A stretch of 64,000 nucleotides of DNA from a virus: the IMG/VR virus record IMGVR_UViG_3300020020_000028, positions 9,961-73,960 of that record, one strand, 5' to 3'. The translations under genes were made by a program, and so were the position numbers. How positions within the stretch are numbered: the first letter of the stretch is position 1; each line of letters opens with the position of its first letter. Shown here in pieces: positions 19,824 to 30,500 of the stretch. The notes beneath the pieces are model-generated. The model was not told where the DNA came from. It worked only from the letters and a program-made list of their open reading frames with translations, and made no database searches.

Positions 19824-21610
19824 GTGGAAGCTCAATGACTGACACACAGAAGCTCGCGGCATGGTTCGACAAGGCACAGCCGAAGCCGGTTGCGCCGGTC
19901 TGCTGGAAACAGGTGGTCAAGGAGATGAAGCGATGAAGCACTGGTCGGAGGCCCAACTGTGGAAAGCTCGTGGTAGTGGTGAGATCCTCACTGCGGGCGA
20001 ACTGAAAACTCGGTACCGCGTGGAGTTGACTGGTGTGTCTCTGATTGACGCGACTTTCGACGTGCGTGCCGGTGGGGATGTGTGGGTACGTGTGAAGGAG
20101 ATGAATCGATGACTGAACAGGTCTGTCAGAATCACCTGACGAACGAACAGGTAGACGCGAAGAACCTTGAGATTTGGGCGGCGAAACCGTCGCGGTTCGG
20201 GGCCTACTACACGCTCGCATCTGATGGTGTGGCTACTGGCAACACACCGTTTCGCACGCACGGCAAGGTCACGACGTGGATGGGCGCGGAGATCGGCACA
20301 GTCACGTCGGCTCGTGTGTATCGTCACAACTTCGGTGGACGGTTCGTGAGTCTGCGAGTGAAAGCGAACAACGGTGAGGAGTACTACGGACGCGCGAGCT
20401 ACGACGGTGGGAGCTTCGTGATGCTGAATAAGGTGAAGCGATGAACGGTCTAGTCTGGAGGATGGAGAACAGCAACGGCACGAGCAGACGTGACTGGCTC
20501 GACGAGAAGGACACGAACGACGCCATCAACAAGCTCGAAGCTGCGGCGGGTTGGCGCGGGGAGTGGGAGACGAATGACTTCGGGGGACAAGACTGGTGGG
20601 GAGTCACTGGCACGTTCAACGGAGCCGTGTTCACGCTCTACACGCACAAGTCCGGCACCATCAAGATCGGAGGCTTCGAGGATCTGGACGTGGTTGGATT
20701 GAAGGCGGCGTTACAAGAGGTGATTCGATGACCGATTACGTCAGAGGCTGGATGGAGGCGGACGAAGCCATTCAGCACAAACTTCCGGGGTATCGAGACT
20801 TTTCTCAGGGGGATACCGATTGGGATCGTGGTTGGAATGCGAGAATCGAACAGGAGAGTAAGCGATGACAGACAGCCCATTCAACACCCCCATGACGGTG
20901 GCGCAACTCGAAGCACGATGCAAGCGAGACAACGTCGATATTCATTGGGAGGTACCACGGCCAGCGAGTACTACGGTAGTGACGGTGGACGATGAGAAGC
21001 ACGGGATCTGGAATGGCGAGCAGTTTCTCGGAAAATGCATCGTGTGGGGAGGGTGAGATGACATGGTTGGATGCAGTGCTCGGACGTAAACCGAAGCACG
21101 AACATCGCTTCGGAGATTGGTTTTTGGTCGAAAGACAAGAGGTATTGAGGGGGCCGTTTGGGCGCACCGAATCCACGGTCTGGTGGAATACGCGCGTGTG
21201 CCCGTGCGGGTTCACGGAGATGAAAAAAGCAGAGGTAAAATGATGACCTTTATTCGAGCCATCTTCGCAAGCATCCTTGCGATTGCCGCTGCTACGCTTG
21301 CTTTTTTGTGGATGATCTTGATCGTTGGTATCGTGGTTGGTCTGGTTGGTGTGTTTCTCATCGCAGTGATTAAGGTCGCATTATGGACCGTGGATATTTT
21401 TCTATGAGCAACTTCAGCAAGGCCGACGCGAAGGGCATCGTCGATGTTTTCTACATCGTGGCGTGGAGGATACCAAATCGTCCGGTATCTTATCATGCGA
21501 TCAGTGGACGAGAAACGTTTGCGACCAATGCATGGTCGCGAGCGTTTCGTTTCGGTGTGTATGCTGATGCGAAAAGTATCGCAGATGTAACCAAAGGTGC
21601 GTGGGTGGAG

Positions 21611-22053
21611 AAGGTAGTGAGGGAGAGATTGTGATGATTGATGTAGAGAAGTGCAGATGGCATCTGCACATAGCGTATAGAGAGTGGGTAGTCTGGGGGT
21701 ACGGCCGCTCCTTGGAAGACTCAATTGGCCATGTCTCGCAGGCGTATTACGAAGGCCAGTCGCCTTTGCCTTGGTCGATTCCGTTTACACTACCTGAACA
21801 CAATCCGAAGTCTGGACTCCGACCACCTCAGGAGATTCGACGAGTAAAGTCGTGGGGTTGGCGTTTTCGAACCAACGACGGCATCAATGACACGAACTGG
21901 CATCTGGCAGAGTCGAGATCACAGTGCCTGACGGACGCAAAGGTATTTCTCGAACGTAGCGAACGACCTAATTCATCGCTAAACTGCGCCATTAAAGACG
22001 TGCGTGAGTATCTCAGCGGATTATGGTGAAAGGTAGTGAGGGAGAGATTGTGA
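21611..22053 (+). repeat. 24-bp direct repeat flanking one gene
   Basis: AAGGTAGTGAGGGAGAGATTGTGA at 21611-21634 and 22030-22053. Confidence 0.85.
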
Positions 22054-22228
22054 AACTTATCACAAATACGCGTGCCTATCAATTTTACCGACAAGAGTGC
22101 GGCGATGATTTTATTGGCGAGATCCGAGATACGAGGCGCACATACAACTGCACGTTTCGTCAAGCGGTAGGGAAACTCGCGAAACTGTATCGAGCCTGCT
22201 GGAGAGCGTGTAGAGAGTCCGCAGATTC

Positions 22229-22258
22229 TTGACAACGGATCGGATTGTACGGTAGAAT
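22229..22258 (+). promoter_or_regulatory. Leaderless promoter 1
   Basis: TTGACA-18-TAGAAT-6nt-ATG(22265). Confidence 0.8.
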
Positions 22259-22666
22259 CTAAACATGTTCATCACCATCCACGACCGCAAGAACAGAAAG
22301 GCGTACCGGGCGTACGTCACACGAGAGTGGGCATTGCGACATGACAATGGTGCACTCATTTCTTGTGGACTGACCATCGACGAACCGTCCGCATGGAGTG
22401 GCAAGGTGTGGCTTAAGAGACGTGCATTCAATGACTTACGGAAGACCGGGCGCGTGACGGAGATCTCCGTCGAACAGGCGAATCACTCGGGATGCCAGTC
22501 ACGGTGCAAGTTGCGGGGAGACAACATCTGTCAGTGGTAGGAGGTAAAAATGAATGATAGACCTGCAAAACCCTCGGAACAATTGGCATGGCCGTTTTAC
22601 TGGCATTGGGATCCATTCCAGTTGAAGTGGCGCAAGGCGCGCGTTTACTTCTGACGTCGATACTTC

Positions 22667-22695
22667 TTGACACCGAATCGAAAAGAGGGTAGAAT
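22667..22695 (+). promoter_or_regulatory. Leaderless promoter 2
   Basis: TTGACA-17-TAGAAT-6nt-ATG(22702). Confidence 0.85.
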
Positions 22696-23179
22696 TTAAG
22701 CATGGAAAAACGGTACTACTTAGTTGAAGCGAACGGCAAAACGTCGGGCCTCCTGACGAACCGTAAGCTGGCCGACGGTGTGGCGAAGAAGTACCACGGA
22801 GTCGTGTGGGCGGCGAATCAGCGCACGTTCGACGGTGGGACGCAGTGGGGCGTAGACGTGCCCACGTTCAAGGCGCAGGCCGAAATGGTGGCTGATTTCA
22901 CGGTCGGAGATGGATGGGTGAAGCGATGAATGTTCAAGGCTGGAGAGTATTGGATCCCAAGTTTCTCAAGATTCTCAAGAATCCCGGCGCGGTCTACGTG
23001 AGACTGCCTCTCGAACTGCAACGACCGACTGGTGGATGTAGTTGCGATTACTGCAAGCAGGCGAAGGTGGGCAACCCGGAGTACGTGCCGATGTGGGACA
23101 CGCTTGGCGTACCTCTTGAACCGGGCAAAAGAACGTGGACGTTACATGCACCGGAATGGAAGTAAAACGTCGAACTTTC

Positions 23180-23208
23180 TTGACACCGGATCAGAAAGGA
23201 GGTAGAAT
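23180..23208 (+). promoter_or_regulatory. Leaderless promoter 3
   Basis: TTGACA-17-TAGAAT-6nt-ATG(23215). Confidence 0.85.
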
Positions 23209-23432
23209 TAACTCATGACGAAAAAGCACTTCATCGCATTCGCGGCTCGGATGAAAGAGGATCTGGACAACGCCAAGCTCCGGTTCGACGAGGCGGAGTA
23301 CAAACGCACGAAGGATGCTGTTACCTACGCGGCGTACGCGTTCGCAGACGTCGCGACGAGGGACAACAACCGGTTCGACCGGGACAGGTTCTTCACAGCA
23401 TGCGGCCTCCGGTAGTACGGCCCCGTCAGAGG

Positions 23433-23542
23433 ATGACGGGTAGAGCACACAAGGGTTAGGGTTCAACTCCCTACGTAGTAGCGAAGACTCCCGGTCTTCG
23501 AGCCGCTCCGGGCTGAGACTCCTTGTGTGCTCTATCGGTCAT
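23433..23542 (+). ncRNA. Candidate structured RNA with a T-arm
   Basis: ~22-bp closing stem ATGACGGGTAGAGCACACAAGG/CCTTGTGTGCTCTATCGGTCAT enclosing TAGGG-TTCAACT-CCCTA and two more hairpins. Confidence 0.65.
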
Positions 23543-23562
23543 CTTCGAAACGCCGCAACTTC

Positions 23563-23591
23563 TTGACACTGAATCGAAACGGCGGTAGAAT
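23563..23591 (+). promoter_or_regulatory. Leaderless promoter 4
   Basis: TTGACA-17-TAGAAT-6nt-ATG(23598). Confidence 0.85.
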
Positions 23592-26122
23592 TTAAACATG
23601 ACAAAGGTTCTAGCTCGATGGCAATCGCGCAAGGGTAAGCACTGGGTCGAGGCCCTGCAACACGACGACGGCACGTTCGGGTTCCGTGCGGACGGTGCCG
23701 GAGGCTGCGGGTACAAGACGGCAGAAGACGCGCTCAAGCGTGCGGAACTCGAAGCGTCGTTCTACTCCGTGAAGATGGTGAGACAATGAAGATCACGTGG
23801 GTGCCCTACTGGATGGTCCGGACTGGCGAGAAGTTTCGGTTTGTCTACAATCCGTACTTCAATCCACGAGTCGGAGAGAAAGTGTTCGTCAAGGGGAAGA
23901 GTGGGTGGTTCTCGGACGAAGAGGGCCGCAAGTTTCGAACGGGCAAGACTACGGCAGTCACGATCAATAAGGAGCATCAATGACTCTTCGGAACTTCATC
24001 CGAGACAATCGTTCGACCATCGACGCGCAGATCAACAGTGTTCGGTTTCGCCACGATGGACGCGGAGGTCGAGGAGTTATTCCCGAACCTGCACCGAAGT
24101 ACAACGACAACGAACGGCGCGAGTGGGTACTCAACGATGAACCGTTGTATCGGTTCGCGCAGGCTGAAGGAGTGAGGATATGAACAGAATGACTGCGGGA
24201 CAGTTACTCGACATCGTTAGCCGTGCGCAGTCCGTCATCGAAGAGAGTGATGGTGCGGACGAACATCAGGAACTCATCGACGAACTACGGGAGGTCACGC
24301 AACTTTTCCGCGACGAGATCGGTGCCAGTCACATGAGTACAGGGGCCGACGTGGTTCTGGTGGAGAGAGGGGACGCATGAGAACCTTCGAGAGGAGATCG
24401 CAGAGGCGCAAGGCTGGGATGTCAACAGTCAGTTGGATCTCCTGAGACTGAGCGCAGCCTCATCGTCTTGATTCGCAACGTACTGTGCATTCGCTGAAGA
24501 TGCAGCGGCGATAGAGAATCAGAACGCAGAAGCCGAAGCCATGATAGAGGAGGGGTGACGCGTGAGATTAGAAAGAATTTTGTTCGATGTCTACGCTGGT
24601 CTGATTCGGATCGGCTATACTAGAACAGGCGCAATCGATGCATTGCAAGTGCTTGGTATAGCTGAAGACGAAGCGATTCGTGTGGCGACAACTTACGAAG
24701 GAGGGACTGACGCATGAGAATCACCGCAAAAGCACGACCGTTCATACTGACATTCTTAGCTACCGGTACGTCGTACCCTCTCACGTCTGAAGAGGCGCAA
24801 CGATTGCTCGATGAATATCCGGCAGTGACGGCGACGCGCAACAAGGTTGTCTTTCAAGGACACAATACCTCGAAGGCATCGGAGCGTACCGTGTTACAAC
24901 CGGCAACGCGTGGAGGAGGACCGGCGTTTGATGTGGATCGCTATTGGGAGGCGAAATGAGCTACGGACCTTGTATGTGCGGTGATACGCATTGCTCGTCG
25001 TGTGGTCCCGCGCAAGGCAATTGGCAGTGTCCGATCTGCCGTGCGTGGGCTGATGATGGCTGCGAACACTTCGAGAGTTACTGCGCGACGTGCGGCACGA
25101 CCGACGTCGATGACTCCGAGAACGGAAACGAAACCTGCGCAGCCCACGGCCACGACATCACAATTCGCTTACGACCGGAGTTCACCGAACAGGTCGCGAA
25201 GATCGAGGCCGATCAACGTGAGGCTGACAACCGTTACGCGGCAGACATGATCGAAGAGGAGAGACTCGCGGAGGAGTACTGGAGAAATCAAAAATGAAAT
25301 TCATCTACGACGATGGAGGCCGCAAGGCGGCTGGCTATCTCGGGAGCACAGGTGATTGCGTCACACGTGCGGTTGCGATTGCTACACAGCAATATTACGC
25401 CGACGTGTACGCTACACTGGCAGCAGGCACGGCCACCGAACGCCGCACGAAGCACAGTGGAAAAATCAGCGGCAAGCATACTGCCTCACATGGGATCCAT
25501 ACGACTCGCAAGTGGTTCAAAGACTACATGGCGGCACTCGGATGGTACTGGACACCGACGATGCAGATCGGCAGTGGTTGTACCGTGCATCTCCGGCAAG
25601 GCGAACTTCCGATGGGCCGTTTGATCGTCGCCGTCAGCAAACACTTCACAACCGTGATCGATGGAGTCATCCACGATACGCATGATCCGTCGAGAGATGG
25701 GACTCGCTGTGTGTATGGGTACTGGAGGAAGAAGTGACAGAACGTGATCCTCGTGTGTACCATCCTCATCGGAAGGACGGGCTCGACAAGAATCTCACGC
25801 GTATCAACCAGAATGATTTTCTTGCCGGAAGTCGATGCACGTGTGACGATTGTGTCTTACGCTACGAGGACTCCCGTCAGCATCTCCAATTCATCATCCT
25901 GTGCATGGGAGGTAGGAAATGAACTTCGATCATCAACTCCACGCCTTCCGTACGTCCTATGGTCTGCCTCCAGACACGGACACACCTCCGGCCTGCGGCA
26001 AGGTCATCACACGTGCGTACGGGGTTCATTCGCCAAAGCCCACTGAGAAGTGCCCGGAGTGTGATGCACTGGTGTCTGCCCACCGATCCTCTGCCTCTCC
26101 CAATCCGGCCCGAAAAAAGGTC

Positions 26123-26151
26123 TAGACAACCTTTTTAAGAAGTGCTACACT
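26123..26151 (+). promoter_or_regulatory. Promoter upstream of DUF932 gene
   Basis: TAGACA-17-TACACT, TG extension. Confidence 0.7.
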
Positions 26152-26216
26152 TCTCTTGTTCGCTCCACGGCCACCCGATATCCGGGCAGCGGTAGGAAGG
26201 ACAAAGGAAGTCAGCA

Positions 26217-27371
26217 ATGAATCTCTTCAAGGCGTCCAACCAATGGTCGAATCGTCCGGTTGACGAACGGTTCGCCACCCTTCAGGAACTCCACGATGCT
26301 GTCTCCACCTACCGTCAGAGTGCGGTGGAAAAGACGGTGCCCTTCAACACGCTGCGAGCGGAAGCCAAAGATGGCGAAGTGCTCCTCGTGGGCAAGGGCA
26401 ACATCCCCGCGCGTCTCACGCACTGGTCCTTCGGTCAGCTTGCGCAATCGGTGAATGCCCCGGCAAGCTACCTGCGGGCGCTCCCTGCGAGTCTCGCGGT
26501 GCAGAACCTAAACCACGGTCTGGTGAAGGTTGCTGACCGCTCGGATCGCGAGTTGCTCTTTCACGCCAACGGTGACTTGCTCGCACGCGCTATCACCTCC
26601 GAGAAGTACACGCGTATCTGGAACAGCGACATCACGTCGAGACTCCTGAGACTGCCGGATCTTGGATGGCAGGTACCTCCGGCGCGTCCGGCGTATCCGG
26701 ACCAGCCCGGTACGCGCAAGGCGACCATCGAGGACGTACTTCACGGCGCGAGGTTCGGGCTGAGTGTGAACGTCGGAGACGAGATTGCACCGGCTGGCCT
26801 TTACGCGAGTGACCACGACATGTTCGTGTTCATGGTGAACGATGCGAAGCGTATCAGCGAACCGGGGAATCCCGATGGACTGGCGCGAGGCTTCTTCATC
26901 TCGAACAGCGAGGTCGGATCTGCGGCTTTCACGGTGACTCGCTTCTTGTATCGGCACGTGTGCGGCAACCACATCGTGTGGGGAGCCAAGCAAGTAAGCG
27001 AGCTTCGCATCAAGCATATCGGCAACGCGGACGACCGGGCGTTCGGGGAAATCACCGGACAGTTGCGGGAGTACGCCGAGGATAGCGCGAGCGACGACGA
27101 AGCCCGCATCAAGCGAGCCGTAAGTTGTGTGCTGGGCAAGGACAAGGACGAGGTTCTCGACCGACTCTTCGGGATCAAGAATCTCGGAGTGACGCGCAAG
27201 TCTCTGGACTTGGCCTACGACTTGTGCGAGGTGCGCGAGCCGGATCTCAATCCGAACAGCGCATGGGGCATGGCGCAGGGGCTCACGAGGCTCTCGCAGG
27301 AGACGCCGTACGCGGACGAACGAGTGGATGCGGACCGTGCGGCCGGAAAGGTGCTGGCGGTAGCGTTCTGA
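26217..27371 (+). CDS. DUF932-like protein
   Basis: LYASDHDMFVFMV, RGFFISNSEVGS, LYRHVCGNHIVWG. Confidence 0.7.
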   Translation: MNLFKASNQWSNRPVDERFATLQELHDAVSTYRQSAVEKTVPFNTLRAEAKDGEVLLVGKGNIPARLTHWSFGQLAQSVNAPASYLRALPASLAVQNLNHGLVKVADRSDRELLFHANGDLLARAITSEKYTRIWNSDITSRLLRLPDLGWQVPPARPAYPDQPGTRKATIEDVLHGARFGLSVNVGDEIAPAGLYASDHDMFVFMVNDAKRISEPGNPDGLARGFFISNSEVGSAAFTVTRFLYRHVCGNHIVWGAKQVSELRIKHIGNADDRAFGEITGQLREYAEDSASDDEARIKRAVSCVLGKDKDEVLDRLFGIKNLGVTRKSLDLAYDLCEVREPDLNPNSAWGMAQGLTRLSQETPYADERVDADRAAGKVLAVAF

Positions 27372-27377
27372 CGGAAT

Positions 27378-27408
27378 GGGAGAGGCCTTCGGGCTCCTCC
27401 CGTTTTTT
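27378..27408 (+). terminator. Rho-independent terminator
   Basis: GGGAGAGGCC-TTCG-GGCTCCTCCC then GTTTTTT. Confidence 0.75.
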
Positions 27409-27525
27409 CATACTGTCCGATGTCCGGAGGCGAAAGCCTGTGAAGGCTCGGCGGTGACGGTCTGAGCCTGTGAACCGTTGGGTACGTGGGGAAAGTTCAG
27501 ATACCTGCGTACATGGAGTGGAATT

Positions 27526-30500
27526 ATGAAGTTCGACATCTTACAACGCATCGAACGTCTCACTGGCTTCTTACGCATCTTGAGTAAGCCCGATGGTGAT
27601 GTCTACCCACGGAACGCGAGGGAGTACAACGAGGCTCTCAAGGCGCTGAAGACGCTTGTCAATGATGTGAAGTATGTGGAGGAATAATGGTAAGTGAACT
27701 TGTAGACGCACAAGACAAGTTGATCAAGGCATATGAAGCCGCTATCGAGACAAAGGATCGACTGATTCAGGCGCAGGCTGATGTAATCGAGAGTCTGAAG
27801 AAAATCGTCGGCCTCCACGAACAGTTGAAGGTGCTTCTCAACTACAAGAGGAGTCTCGAACAATGATGATCCCAACGGTTCACACGAACGGCACGGGCAA
27901 GAAAGATCTGCTCGAAGAACTGGAGACGGCGGTGAGGGCCGTGCGCGAGGCACGTAAGGCGGTACTCGACATCACCGTCCACGGGCGTGACTACTACGTG
28001 CAAGGATCGAATGCGTATGCGCAAGCACGAACGGAAATGGATGTTCGACTTGCGGCGTTGAATCAAGTTCGAGACGATCTTCAGGTGATGTATGCAGAGA
28101 TCCAGAAGCAGGGACGATGACGCAACAGGACATAGATCGGCTACTAGCAGAGTTGCGATACGTGCGGAGCAACAACGGGCTGGGTGGTGTGTACTACACA
28201 CCTCCGGATTCGTGCGAGAATAAGTCGTACATGCAGATCGTCTGCGATGCATTGACCGAGATCTTAGAAGAGATGAAAAAGGAGAAGTCATGACATGGCT
28301 CGACGCTATTCTAGGACGTAAACCGAAGCACGAACATCGTTTCGGAGACTGGTTTTTAGTCGAGAGACAAGAGGCATGCGGGTTCACGGAGATGATGACA
28401 CACACGTGTATTCCACCAGATGGTAGATTCAGTGCGACCCATTAGGCCGAGCAGAGGTAAAGTAATGCACCTCTGCCCTGAGTGCGGCGAAGACCTTGGC
28501 AGCATGATCTACGACGTGGTTCGAAAGACGGACTACGCACATTTTCAGTGTCCGGAGTGCGGTGCAGATCTCGTGGCTGATGTGAAGCGAACGATCACGA
28601 TAGAGGTGGATGAAGATGTATAGAGTCGTGCTGCAAGTAATCGACGATAGCGTCTTTGCCTCTGGTATCGATGACCCACGGATCGTCAAGTCCGTCGAGG
28701 TCGGCGGCGTCTATCGAAAGCTGGCTCTGGCAGAGAAACTCGCTGTGCGTGCGGCGGAGATTATCAACGTGAACGAACCGAAGATCACAGGGAAGCGAGA
28801 TGTTTAAACACCTACTCTCCGCCTTCGGGATCCACATACACACGTGGGTGTATCACGAGGAAGAACCATACGAAGGTGCGCTAGTGGGCAGAGACTTTCG
28901 TGAGTGTGAGTGTGGAGCCCTCGAAGAATACATCACCGTGGGTATGCCGGGAGTAGGCATCGAATCCTCGTGGCTGAGAGTAAGGGAGTCTGACGATGTT
29001 TAGATCATCAAGCGAGTACAAGACGCACCTAGTATCTCTCGCGATCACACATCAGATTCGCGTGATGGAGGTTACAGATCTCCCTCCACACGAAGGCACA
29101 GCGACGCCAGACTTACGTTTGTTGATGCTACCTCAAATCAAGGATGAATGTTCCTTCGTAACGGCGCTGCATGAGTTCGGGCATCTTATCGCGCCTTATG
29201 GTAGTGGGATCTCTCTCGGTACGTTAGGCGACCATTGGGATCCCGTACACATGCGTCAGTGTCTGGTCGAGGAGTATGCCGCGTGGGAGTGGGCCGAAGC
29301 TGAAACGAAACGTGCGGGCTTCGAGTGGACGCTGACGATGGAGCACGTGAAGATTCTTTCGTTGAAGTCTTACCAGGATCAGTTGAAGAGGGCGATCCTG
29401 ATGCAACAGATGTCGGAGGTTGCGTGAAAACCTATATCGGTGATGGTGTGTACGTCGAGGTCAAAGACAATCGTTTGATCTTGACTACAGAGGATGGTGT
29501 TACAGTCACGAACACGATCTTTCTTGAGGTCGATGTCTGGTTGCAATTACGTCAGGTACTTGCACGACACAACGAGAGGCAGTGGGGGAGAGAATGATTA
29601 TCCGTATGCGCTACGAGATCATCGGAGGCCACGTGCATTGCCGTCTCTTTACAGCGAAGGCAAAGAACATGACGTTCGTCAAGTGCGGCGACCTGACGTT
29701 TTCGCTTGATGAGTGGGAGTCCGTTCGTGATCAGTTAGAGACGGCGATTGAGATCATACCGGAGGACCAGTGACATGAGATCACAATTTATCGTCAGCGC
29801 GGGACACGTCTGGGAAGTCGCGTACGCTACAGAGTTCGTGCGCCTGATACACATCGGATCGTTTGAAAATGCGCAGGAGTATGCGAAAAAAGTCGCTGAT
29901 AAGGCGGTACGTGGGTTGAGTACTACGCTCGAAGACGCGATGTTCGAGAGGGTCGTGACGTTGTGAAGAAACGCTGTGCGGTTATTCGCTTACTTCACGA
30001 CGGATATCTGACTCGAAGTGGTAGTCCATCTAATCTCTATGCCGCACCTCGTCTAGTCTTCCGGTACGAGGATGCGCAGACACTTCTCTCGCAGATGTGT
30101 TCGACGCGCGGACGCGATTATGGGAATCCTTGGTTCGGGGCCTCTATAGAAGTGCTCCCGAAACGCAAACGACACACTCCGCTTACAGAAGAGGAGTTCA
30201 AACAATTCCTTGCCGATCTCCGCACGCATCGTGCGCTCGGAGAGGCAGCGAAGTATGAGAGGATGGCAGAGGCAAAGATATCTGAAGCATCGTATGCCAT
30301 GAAACAGGCAGCGGAATATCGTGCGAGAGCGAAACAGATACAAGAGGAGTTGAAACATGGGACGTGAGATCCGACGGGTACCGCCAGGATGGGAACATCC
30401 GAGACAGAAGTGCGAGCACTCTCCGTGGATGGGGGGATGCGACGAAGCACGCGAGAGTGGAGGATACTGCTTCAAGCCCCTGCATAACAAGACGTGGGAA

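Larger units (their letters stand above)
19835..26125 (+). other. Early region: about 25 tightly packed small hypothetical genes
   Basis: Chains of ATGA/GTGA overlaps and GGAG RBSs (e.g. 20441-20731, 22265-22540, 22702-22929, 23215-23415, 23598-23789, 25294-25737). Confidence 0.7.
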
